Assembly (NCBI GenBank): GCA_965222375.1
Contig: CBDCTZ010000015.1
Location: forward strand, 800,001 to 864,000
Length of the DNA: 64,000 bases
Origin: Polyangiaceae bacterium
GTDB lineage: Bacteria > Myxococcota_A > Polyangia > Polyangiales > Polyangiaceae
Direction: 5' to 3'
Shown: positions 37,989 through 46,474 of the stretch, piece after piece
Position numbering within the stretch: position 1 is the stretch's first letter
Layout of the letters: each line of letters starts with the position of its first letter
Notes under the pieces: generated by a model
Databases searched by the model: none
Seen by the model: the letters and a program-made list of their open reading frames with translations, nothing else
What the model was told of the DNA's origin: nothing
Program-made: the position numbers and the translations under genes

Positions 37989-39383
37989 ATGAGTCACAAA
38001 CCTCCTTCTCCCGGCACAGAATGGGGCTGGGATAGCGACGAGTCCCGCACCACGCGCGCGGCATCCACAGCGGATTTGCATAAGCTGGAAGTCACCCGGG
38101 CCGAGCTCGAAGTGCTCTCCGGACCCGACGCAGGAACGCGAGCGGCACTTGGTCCAGGCGGGCTGATCGTGGGTTCAGGGCCCAACTCGGATCTGCGCTT
38201 GCACGACGAGCAAGTCTCGAGACGCCACCTCGAATTGGTCGCGGAGCCACAAGGCGTACGCGTCGTCGACCTCGGAAGCACGAACGGCACCATCTTCGGT
38301 GGAGCACGGCTCGAGCGAGCGCTCTTCTTCCAGGACGCCATGCTGACAGTGGGCGGCACGTCCCTCGCGCTGCGGCTCAGCGCCGAGCCCTTGGAACTGA
38401 TGCTGTCACCTCGCCGGCAATTTGGTCAGGCGGTTGGTCTAAGCAGCGCGATGCGCCACGTCTTCTCGCTTTTGGAGCAAGCAGCCAACAGCGAAGTCAC
38501 GGTGCTGCTGGAAGGAGACTCGGGAACAGGCAAAGACGTGCTCGCGACGTCGCTGCACGAAGAGAGCGGGCGTCGCGATGGCCCGTTCGTGGTGGTGGAC
38601 TGCGCGGCGTTGCCGGAAAACTTGGCCGAGAGCGAGCTGTTCGGCCACGAGCGGGGCGCGTTCACGGGTGCGGTTCAGGCGCATGCAGGTGCCTTCGAAC
38701 AAGCTCATGGCGGAACTTTGTTCTTGGACGAGGTCGGTGAACTCACCGCCACCGTACAGCCCAAGCTGCTGCGTGCCCTCGAGAATCGAAGCTTTCGGCG
38801 CATCGGCGGAAACCGCAAAGTAGATGTGGACGTGCGAGTTGTTGCCGCCACCAATCGCGGGCTGGCCGAAGCGGTGCGCTCGGGCACGTTCCGACAGGAC
38901 CTCTATTACCGGCTTTCCGTACTCAAGGTGCACGTACCTCCTTTGGCGGACCGCCCGGAGGACATCCCTGCGCTTGCCGAGCTCTTTCTTCGCCGGGTGC
39001 GCGGCCAACAGGAAGCGACCATCCCACCGGAGCTGTCCGAATTGCTCTCGTCCTACAACTGGCCGGGCAACGCGCGAGAGCTTCGCAATGTCGTCGAGCG
39101 TTTCGCGACCTTCAACCGCGCAGACCCGACACTCCTATTCGACAACAGCCCTCGGACTCCGCAAGCACCTGCTTCCATGCTGAACGCGGACGCTCTGTCC
39201 CGGCTGCCCTACCACGAAGCGAAACGCGAACTCATCGACGCCTACCACCGAGGCGTGCTGCCCCAAGTCATCGAACGCGCTGGATCCGTCGCTGCTGCCG
39301 CGGAGGTCTTGGGGCTGCCCAAAGCAAGCCTGTATCGAATGTTGCGACAAATGAAAGAGGACGGGACCCCTGCCGATGGCTAA
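37989..39383 (+). CDS. FHA-domain sigma54-dependent enhancer-binding protein (FHA-AAA+-Fis HTH)
   Basis: FHA (VSRRH...DLGSTNGT), Walker A GDSGTGKD, ESELFGHERGAFTGA, LFLDEVGE, WPGNARELRN, HTH VAAAAEVLGLPKASLYRML. Confidence 0.95.
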   Translation: MSHKPPSPGTEWGWDSDESRTTRAASTADLHKLEVTRAELEVLSGPDAGTRAALGPGGLIVGSGPNSDLRLHDEQVSRRHLELVAEPQGVRVVDLGSTNGTIFGGARLERALFFQDAMLTVGGTSLALRLSAEPLELMLSPRRQFGQAVGLSSAMRHVFSLLEQAANSEVTVLLEGDSGTGKDVLATSLHEESGRRDGPFVVVDCAALPENLAESELFGHERGAFTGAVQAHAGAFEQAHGGTLFLDEVGELTATVQPKLLRALENRSFRRIGGNRKVDVDVRVVAATNRGLAEAVRSGTFRQDLYYRLSVLKVHVPPLADRPEDIPALAELFLRRVRGQQEATIPPELSELLSSYNWPGNARELRNVVERFATFNRADPTLLFDNSPRTPQAPASMLNADALSRLPYHEAKRELIDAYHRGVLPQVIERAGSVAAAAEVLGLPKASLYRMLRQMKEDGTPADG

Positions 39384-40380
39384 GCGCAAGCTCGTGACTC
39401 GGACCATGCGCTGCTACCTTGCCAGCATAGCGCTCGCGCTACTCGTGCCTAACTACGCCAGGGCCGAGTGTAAACAAGAAGATCGCGAGACCGAGGCCAC
39501 GGCATTTCGCCAAGGGCTCGCGAAGTTTCGAGACGGGGATACCACCGGCGCGGTCGAGATCTGGCAAGGCCTACTCAAAACCCTCGGCACCGAGTGTGGC
39601 TGGAAGGTGCTGTTCAATCTCGGGCGGGGTTACGAACGGCTGGGCGATCCGACCCGAGCCATCGAGTCTTATGAGGCATTTGTCGAAGCCGTGAACAAGC
39701 AAACCAAGCTGAGCGACAAGGAGCGCAAGGTCAAGAGCGCGGCCGAGTCGAGCATCGCTGCCCTCAAGGCCAAATACGGAGCCATCTTCGTCGCAGCGCC
39801 GTCGAGTGGTGTCGTTTGGGTGCGTGTCGGCCTGGGTGAACCGCAGCCAGCGGGCTTCACGCTCTACGTCGCTCCCGGGACTCATGAAGTCGAGCTCTTT
39901 TCCCGCACGCCCAACGCGGAAAAGCAGACCATCCAGGTCGTGGCCGGTCAGGTGGCAACGATAACGATTCCGGAGTCGACCGCTGCGCCAACTCCCGCTC
40001 CCACCGCGCCCGCACAGAAGGACACGTTGCCAAGCCCGCAACCCGAACCTCGGTCCTTTCCGACGGCCTTGGTAGCCATTGGCTCTGGGCTCACCGTGGC
40101 CGCAGCCGGCACCAGCGTTTTTCTCTACACGCGGCAATCCTCTAAACGCGAGGATGCAGAGGCGCTTCCGCGCACCGACCCCAAGTACGCGCAATTGCGA
40201 GACGAGCACCAGGACGCACGCACCGTCTACCACGTGGGCCTAGTCGTAACCGGCGTGTTCGCGACCGCTACTACCGCAGTAGTGCTCGCCCACGTCTTGG
40301 GCAGCGACGATTCACCGACCCATGTCCAAGCCGGCATAGCCCCCGGAGCCGCTAGCCTCGGGCTGTCTGGGCAATTCTGA
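39376..40380 (+). CDS. Secreted TPR + PEGA-like protein with C-terminal membrane segments
   Basis: Signal peptide; VLFNLGRGYERLGDPTRAIESYEAF TPR; VAPGTHEVEL PEGA-like strand; overlaps the activator stop codon. Confidence 0.8.
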   Translation: MAKRKLVTRTMRCYLASIALALLVPNYARAECKQEDRETEATAFRQGLAKFRDGDTTGAVEIWQGLLKTLGTECGWKVLFNLGRGYERLGDPTRAIESYEAFVEAVNKQTKLSDKERKVKSAAESSIAALKAKYGAIFVAAPSSGVVWVRVGLGEPQPAGFTLYVAPGTHEVELFSRTPNAEKQTIQVVAGQVATITIPESTAAPTPAPTAPAQKDTLPSPQPEPRSFPTALVAIGSGLTVAAAGTSVFLYTRQSSKREDAEALPRTDPKYAQLRDEHQDARTVYHVGLVVTGVFATATTAVVLAHVLGSDDSPTHVQAGIAPGAASLGLSGQF

Positions 40381-40504
40381 AGACGTCACCAACACGGACG
40401 ACTTGGCCGCCCTCGCCATGCGCGGCCCGTGGCGAGAGTCGTGGCCCAAGGTGAAACAGTGAAGCGACCCCCAAACCCAAAAGGATCGCAGGTGAGCCTC
40501 TAGC

Positions 40505-40924
40505 TCACCCCGGCGCACCAGGCGGCCCACCTGGAGGAGGCGCTCCACCTGGCGGGCCCGCGGGGGGAGCCATGGGATCTGGAGTCGCTTCTTTGACCTT
40601 GGTGCTGTAGCGCCTGAAGCTCATGCCCGTCCCCACGCCCGCGCCAACGGCGACGAGCAGCATGACGACGCCCGCGCCAAAACCGACCACCCCGTAGGTC
40701 TTGTAGCTATTCGCTTTGCGCTGGTAGTAGCTCGGACCGAGGATACTGTAGCGGCTGTAGCGCGCCAGGCTGGCCCGGCGCTCGTAATAGTTGCCGCGAT
40801 CGAAGAAGTAGGCACCACCGCCACAGGAACCGCAGGACATCAGAGCTATGAAGATGGTTCCGCATCCGATGAGGAAGTGCACCGGGAAGGGCTTCGATGG
40901 GGGCGGCACCTGGGATTGCGTCAT
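40505..40924 (-). CDS. Hypothetical two-TM membrane protein
   Basis: MTQSQVPPP..., two hydrophobic segments, Pro/Gly-rich tail. Confidence 0.65.
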   Translation of the reverse strand: MTQSQVPPPSKPFPVHFLIGCGTIFIALMSCGSCGGGAYFFDRGNYYERRASLARYSRYSILGPSYYQRKANSYKTYGVVGFGAGVVMLLVAVGAGVGTGMSFRRYSTKVKEATPDPMAPPAGPPGGAPPPGGPPGAPG

Positions 40925-41205
40925 GGGATCATGCGCGTAAGCCAAGTGTATGCGATTCGTCAAGGTGTAGGGCGTACGCTCCAACGGATTTGAGGCCCGC
41001 GAGCAGTCTACCCGGTGCCGTACGCGCTCGCTGCGAGCGTCGACCACAGCTCCAACTCGACTACTTGCTCCCGTCCGCGGCCAGCAGCGCCCCGGCGGAT
41101 GGCAACATTTCTCTTCCAGGATCCGGCAATCGAGCCCGCGGATCGGAAGCTGGCCGCTGCCAAAAGCGACCACTGCTGCTGTGGGCGGCCCCACCGCTCT
41201 GATAT

Positions 41206-41982
41206 GTGTCAGCCATCGTGCCGTTTCGAGACAAGAACGTCGCGCTCGGTTCCCGAGTCGACAATCTAGAGCAGGAAGTCGAAGCGCTCCGCCAGGAAAA
41301 CGACGAGCTCAAGGCGGACCTCTCGCTCCGAACCGCTTCCGCGCCGCGTCGCACCTGGACCGTTCCAGCAGCAATAGCCGGTCTGATCATCGTCAGCATC
41401 GTCGTAGGCGGCGGCCCGGCGGTTATCCTCGTGCCATTGGCGGCATTGCTGGTCACTGTAGCAGCGTTGTTCTTCGTCATGTCCCAGCTGCTCTACGTCG
41501 CCGCACCCAACGAAGTTCTGGTGATCTCTGGCCGCCGGACTCGCGGCGTGGATGGGTCGCTGCGCGGATATCGAACCGTGCGTGGTGGCCGCGCGCTGAA
41601 GCTGCCGCTCCTCGAGCAGGTTGAGCGCATGAGCTTGGCGAACATCTCGCTGAAGGTCACGATTCAGGGCGCCTACTCGAAGAGTGGCGCAGTGAACGTC
41701 TCCGCACACGCCGTCGTGCGCATCGCCAATGCCGATCCCTTGCTCAGCAATGCCGTCGAGCGCTTCCTTGGCCAAAGCCGCCAGCAAGTTGCTGACGTCG
41801 CGGAGCAGACCTTGGAGGGCGCCCTGCGCACGGTGGTGTCGCAGCTGACGCTAGACGAACTCGTCAGCGATGGCTTGAAGGTGGCACACGTGGTCATCGA
41901 GGAGGCGGACGAGGACTTCCGCACCTTGGGGCTCGAACTCGATGTATTCAAGATTGCCCAGGTGAGCGCTGCCGACAGCTGA
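41206..41982 (+). CDS. SPFH (flotillin/band-7) domain membrane protein
   Basis: APNEVLVISGR, GYRTVRGGRALKLPLLE, NAVERFLG, TLEGALRTVV, LGLELDVFKI. Confidence 0.88.
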   Translation: MSAIVPFRDKNVALGSRVDNLEQEVEALRQENDELKADLSLRTASAPRRTWTVPAAIAGLIIVSIVVGGGPAVILVPLAALLVTVAALFFVMSQLLYVAAPNEVLVISGRRTRGVDGSLRGYRTVRGGRALKLPLLEQVERMSLANISLKVTIQGAYSKSGAVNVSAHAVVRIANADPLLSNAVERFLGQSRQQVADVAEQTLEGALRTVVSQLTLDELVSDGLKVAHVVIEEADEDFRTLGLELDVFKIAQVSAADS

Positions 41983-42078
41983 GCCACCTTTGCGCCACGA
42001 GCGTAGCTGATCCAACTTGCCGCTGATCTCCCCTGAGCCGCGTTTGAGAGCTGCGCCTCCCGTGCTAGATGCGGGCCC

Positions 42079-43731
42079 ATGTCGGTACCCACCAAGTTCG
42101 TAGCCGCCCTAGTCGTCACCGCCACTGCCTGCGCCCCGGGCGCGACTTCGGAAGCCGTCCGCACCGAAGCGCCCACGGCGAGCCAGGCGATGGGGGAAGA
42201 GGAGCCCCCCAGCTGTTCCGCAGTCGCAGCCAAAGCAGCGCCGCTGATCGTGGACCTGGATAGCCAAGGGCGCGTCGACCTCGAGGTTGCCATGAAGAGC
42301 GGACTGCCCGTGGTCCACTATGGCTGTGATGGACTGCGCATTCTGAAGGACTGCACCGTGGTTGGGGACTACAAGTTCGCCGGCGTGAGCCTGAAAGAGG
42401 ACGTCCTGCAGCTCAAGAGCAAGGACGAGGTTCACGCGAACCTGCCCATCAGCGGCGCAAGCCTCGCGGGCAGCTTGGAACGCGGGACATCGCTGGACCT
42501 GGCCATGGCCTTCATTGGCAAGCAAACAGCGTTGGTCAACAGTGCCCATCGCAAGTCCCTCCAAGGAGAATGCGACGGCGCGACCCACGTGGTACGTGGC
42601 GCGACCGTTGGTGCCTTCGCGTTGCGTCGAGGCAGTGGCGCAAAGGTCGCGGCCGCTGCGGACATCTTCGTTGCATCGGCGAGCGCACAGAGCGAGAGCA
42701 GCAAGCAGACGACGATTCGCGACGGCGTCGTAGAAGACTGTCGCAAGGCGGACCCCGACGCTGAGAAGCCCCCGGCTCAGTGTCGCAGCGCGATTCGTGT
42801 GGAGCTGGTGCCGATCACCGATGGCCTGGGCGAAAAGGAGGTCGAGGCCTACGGACTGACCAATCCGTGCCCGAAGGGCCACGTGCTGAGCGGAAGCAAG
42901 TGCTCACCAGCCAATCAGGCACAGAGCTATCTCTGTCCCATCGGCGACGCCGCGGCGTGTCGCGAGCAGTGTGGCAAGGCCAGCGCCGGAAGTTGCTACA
43001 ACCTCGGAATGGTGCTGACGCGAGTCGCTGACTCGTGCAAGGGCAAGGACAATTGCCGCGCGGTGAAGACCGTGCCCAAAGAAGCGCCGGACTACGGCAG
43101 CTATCAGGAGGGAGCCGACGCCTTCGACAAAGCGTGCGAGGGTGGCATCGGTGCGGCCTGCTTCTACGTGGCCAGCTACTTCGAGCTAGGTGCCTACGGC
43201 AAGGACAAAGATGCCGCCAAGGCGCGCAGGTACAGGGAGCGCGGCTGCACGCAGGGCGATGGATTCACCTGCGCCCACTTGGCTCGCTCGTTGAGGAACG
43301 CGAACAAGAAGGACCCCAACTCCTTCAAGTTTGCGAATCGTGCCTGCGACCTGGGCGACAAGCCGGGGTGCTTCCAAGCCATCAGTCAGCTGATGAAGGG
43401 CGAGGGCGTGGCCAAGGATCCGGCGCGTGCGGCAAGCATTCTCAAACGCACCTGCGATGCAGGCGAAGGCAAACGTTGCGGAGAGTTGGGCCTGCTGGTG
43501 CTCACAGGAAAACTCATCGACAACGACAAGGACAAGGCGCTGCAGTACCTCGCACGAGGCTGCAAACTCGGTCGAAAAGACGCCTGCGCCCTCGCCGCCC
43601 AAGCCTATGCCGGCAAGATGGGTGTCCCGGCGGACAAGGACAAGGCCAAGTCGTTCTTCAAGCGATCTTGTGATGGCGACAGCGCGCGGGAGAAAGCCTG
43701 CTCCAAGCTGAAAAACTTGCTGGGGTTCTAG
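42079..43731 (+). CDS. Lipoprotein with myxobacterial N-terminal domain and Sel1-like repeats
   Basis: Lipobox ATAC; repeats KACEGGIGAAC, RACDLGDKPGC, GEGVAKDPARA, RGCKLGRKDAC. Confidence 0.85.
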   Translation: MSVPTKFVAALVVTATACAPGATSEAVRTEAPTASQAMGEEEPPSCSAVAAKAAPLIVDLDSQGRVDLEVAMKSGLPVVHYGCDGLRILKDCTVVGDYKFAGVSLKEDVLQLKSKDEVHANLPISGASLAGSLERGTSLDLAMAFIGKQTALVNSAHRKSLQGECDGATHVVRGATVGAFALRRGSGAKVAAAADIFVASASAQSESSKQTTIRDGVVEDCRKADPDAEKPPAQCRSAIRVELVPITDGLGEKEVEAYGLTNPCPKGHVLSGSKCSPANQAQSYLCPIGDAAACREQCGKASAGSCYNLGMVLTRVADSCKGKDNCRAVKTVPKEAPDYGSYQEGADAFDKACEGGIGAACFYVASYFELGAYGKDKDAAKARRYRERGCTQGDGFTCAHLARSLRNANKKDPNSFKFANRACDLGDKPGCFQAISQLMKGEGVAKDPARAASILKRTCDAGEGKRCGELGLLVLTGKLIDNDKDKALQYLARGCKLGRKDACALAAQAYAGKMGVPADKDKAKSFFKRSCDGDSAREKACSKLKNLLGF

Positions 43732-43753
43732 ATCAGGCACATATTTCCGGGCG

Positions 43754-45034
43754 ATGAAGATTCGTCACGCTTTGCTGCTAGCGACCTCGGTGGGAGTCCT
43801 CACAATTGCGATCGCGTGCGCCCAAGAACTGCCTCCACCTGAGGCCGCAGCGGGTGCTGGCGGAAGCAGCGGAAGCGGCGGAAGCGATGGCGGTGCGGGA
43901 AGTGGCGGTGGCGACGGCGGCGGCGGAAGCGGGGGCGCGGCCGGCAGCTGCACATGCTCGCCGGACCATGCGACGGGGTCGTGTAGCAGTGGGTCGTGCG
44001 CAATTGTAGAATGTGACCCTGGCTTTGGCGACTGTGACAATGAGGACAGCAACGGTTGCGAAGAACCGCTGAATGTCGACGGCAACTGCGGAGCATGCGG
44101 CCGCAGTTGTCTCGGCACAGCGTGCGTGGCGGGCAACTGCGCGGCAACAACGCTCCTATCCGGACTAACGGATCCGGTCGCGGTCATCGTTGACGATTCG
44201 TCGATATATCTTTCGGATTTGACCCTGGGCACCATCGACCGCGCCAGCAAGACTGACGGCTCGGGTCGAACAACCCTCGCCGGTGGATATCCATCGACTT
44301 GGTTCATGGTGATCGATGGCGAGTACCTCTACTTCAGCACGCGCTACGGCAAGACAGTGGAACGCGTACGGACAGACGGTAGCTCCGTAGCTGAAACGTT
44401 CCTCAGTCCGCAGGTGAAGACTTCGGGGCTGGCGGTGGATGCAGGGTACATCTACTTCACGGAGTCCGAGCCCGGTGGGTTCGTCTGGCGAGCCGCCAAG
44501 AAGAAAGGGGCCGTAGCCAAGAAACTCGTGACGCAGCAAGACTCACCGTACGATCTAGCCATCGACGACGTCTATGCATACTGGGGTGGCACGAAACAAT
44601 CCAACGGCGAAATCCGCCGCGTTGCAAAGAACGCGACCCCCGGAATGCTGCCAGGGCAGCAGGTAGCAACCGGCCAGGGGATCGTTCGTGCCGTCGTGAT
44701 CGACTCTCAAATGGTCTTCTGGACCAGCGTCGACTCGGGATTTGGACGGGTCACTCGGTACAATATCGCGACTACGAAGGTCGATATCCTTGCGATCACG
44801 GAGCCCGCTGAGTTCCTGGCCGTGGATGAAACCTACCTCTACTGGGCGGCGAGCGACAGCGAGGCCGGTTACATCTACCGGCTCGAGAAGGACCATGACG
44901 CTTCGCAGCAGCCAGCGCCAGTCGTGAAGCTCTACTCCGAGCCCGGCACCGAGCCCTACTCGGTGGCAGTAGACGCAACGGCGCTCTACTTCACGGAGCG
45001 GGGCAAAGGCCGCGTCCTAAGAGTCGCGAAGTGA
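43754..45034 (+). CDS. Lipoprotein with Cys-rich repeat and beta-propeller (paralog 3)
   Basis: AIAC-AQELPPP; colinear with paralogs 1 and 2; ends GRVLRVAK. Confidence 0.85.
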   Translation: MKIRHALLLATSVGVLTIAIACAQELPPPEAAAGAGGSSGSGGSDGGAGSGGGDGGGGSGGAAGSCTCSPDHATGSCSSGSCAIVECDPGFGDCDNEDSNGCEEPLNVDGNCGACGRSCLGTACVAGNCAATTLLSGLTDPVAVIVDDSSIYLSDLTLGTIDRASKTDGSGRTTLAGGYPSTWFMVIDGEYLYFSTRYGKTVERVRTDGSSVAETFLSPQVKTSGLAVDAGYIYFTESEPGGFVWRAAKKKGAVAKKLVTQQDSPYDLAIDDVYAYWGGTKQSNGEIRRVAKNATPGMLPGQQVATGQGIVRAVVIDSQMVFWTSVDSGFGRVTRYNIATTKVDILAITEPAEFLAVDETYLYWAASDSEAGYIYRLEKDHDASQQPAPVVKLYSEPGTEPYSVAVDATALYFTERGKGRVLRVAK

Positions 45035-46246
45035 ATCCTCGATTTCGCCGATTTGAGCGTCTTTCCCCCGGCTTTGGGACAGCCAGTTTGGGGTGCGTTG
45101 GTTCCTGCGCCGGGCTCGGCGCCAAGTCAGAGATACACCTATCAGACACGCGAACCCGATCCACGGACCACGCGGCGAGGGAGACGCGGGAGTCGAGCAC
45201 GCACAACTCGAGTCGCCCTCTTCTGCGGCTCCTCGGCTCACGCCGCCCGCCGAGCCCGCAGTGGGGACGCGGCCTGCGCCACCGCCGAACCCGGCGTCCG
45301 GTAGTGCCTGACCGCCACTTCCGCCATTCGCGTCTTGTGGCGCAGCGGCGTCGAGGCAAACGCTCCCCCCAACGCTCAGCGCAACACGGCCGACGCTGTA
45401 GTGGGTCGCCGAAAGCGATCCCGCCCCGAATTCGATGACGTTCTCTCCCGCGCGCAACCACGATTTCGGTATGGGCAGCGTCACATCCTGCGTTTGGTTG
45501 TCCCATGATGAATTCGCGGGCAATGGAATCGGGCCACTTCCGTTGACATATACGGTTCCCTCCTTACCGGGATGATCCGCGTCATGCAGGCGCATGAACA
45601 GCTCAGCAAAGTCTATTTCGATTGGATCCGGAACACCCGCGATAGTAAATGCGATGCGTTTCGGGTTTCCTTGAGCCACGTCGAGGAGTTGCTGGCCGGC
45701 GGCGAACTCAGCCGACTTGAACTCCAGACACGTAGAGCCCGCTCCGGTGTCTCCGCCATCAGGGGTCGGCAGTGTAGCGTCAGGGCTTCCGGCATCCTCG
45801 GGGCTTCCGCCCGGACCGCAGCACGCCACCGGGCCGCTTGGCTTGTGACGGCAGCACCCATCATGCCAAGTGTTGCCGTTGCCCAGGGCGAAAGTATGGG
45901 TTGACCCTCCCTTGTCGACGCAGACGACATCGATATCGAAATTGAAAGACGCCCCGGTCGTATCATAGTCGGCGTACACCAAGCGGCCCTTGTCGAGGGA
46001 ACCGTGCCGGACTAGAGATTGGATCTTCGCTCCGCCGTGATGCCTGAGCTCGCAGGCAGTTATGTAGCTGGAGAGGGTGGCGTCGCTGTTGTTGCTGCAC
46101 AGCACCAAAGCGATGCCGGTGTCGCTCCATGCAGAGTGATTGTAGTGATCGTAACACTCGCTCCCCAAAGCAGCTGTCGCGTACGCCGACACGGCAACGA
46201 TTGTGGGCAAGACGCGGTAGCTGCAGACAAACCGACTTCGACTCAT
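45017..46246 (-). CDS. Secreted protein with beta-sandwich domain and MYXO-CTERM-like sorting tail
   Basis: Signal peptide; LPIPKSWLRAGENVIEF; C-terminal SSCACS...hydrophobic...WRRARRR. Confidence 0.75.
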   Translation of the reverse strand: MSRSRFVCSYRVLPTIVAVSAYATAALGSECYDHYNHSAWSDTGIALVLCSNNSDATLSSYITACELRHHGGAKIQSLVRHGSLDKGRLVYADYDTTGASFNFDIDVVCVDKGGSTHTFALGNGNTWHDGCCRHKPSGPVACCGPGGSPEDAGSPDATLPTPDGGDTGAGSTCLEFKSAEFAAGQQLLDVAQGNPKRIAFTIAGVPDPIEIDFAELFMRLHDADHPGKEGTVYVNGSGPIPLPANSSWDNQTQDVTLPIPKSWLRAGENVIEFGAGSLSATHYSVGRVALSVGGSVCLDAAAPQDANGGSGGQALPDAGFGGGAGRVPTAGSAGGVSRGAAEEGDSSCACSTPASPSPRGPWIGFACLIGVSLTWRRARRRNQRTPNWLSQSRGKDAQIGEIEDSLRDS

Positions 46247-46259
46247 GTCTCCGCAAGTA

Positions 46260-46275
46260 AGCAAATGACGTGCCG
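46260..46275 (-). promoter_or_regulatory. sigma54 -24/-12 promoter
   Basis: Minus strand CGGCACGTCATTTGCT, 15 nt before ATG 46246. Confidence 0.78.
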
Positions 46276-46445
46276 GACGTGGTGGGTTCGCAGCCTAAGG
46301 AATCGGCGGCCAGAAGCGGGTCCACTCGCGAAAGAACTGCGTGTGGACTCCGGACAGGTGACCTCGACGCAGAGCATGTCGCCTCAAGGCGACTCGAGCA
46401 AGCGCAACCCAACCGAAAGAACGCAAAGAACGCTCTGGGTGTATG

Positions 46446-46461
46446 CGGCACGTCTGTTGCT
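46446..46461 (+). promoter_or_regulatory. sigma54 -24/-12 promoter
   Basis: CGGCACGTCTGTTGCT, 15 nt before ATG 46475. Confidence 0.78.
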
Positions 46462-46474
46462 TGAATGCAGAAGC

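Noticed and set aside
46358..46393. Fifth copy of the 35-bp element
   Set aside because: Only one GTGAC half-site matches; the invariant GTCAC-N3-GTGAC core is absent.
46019..46474. N-terminal extension of the 806-aa ORF (similar extensions on 8833, 23417, 30764, 33009, 61571)
   Set aside because: These overlap neighbouring genes or promoters. Signal peptides, domain boundaries and promoter positions indicate later starts.
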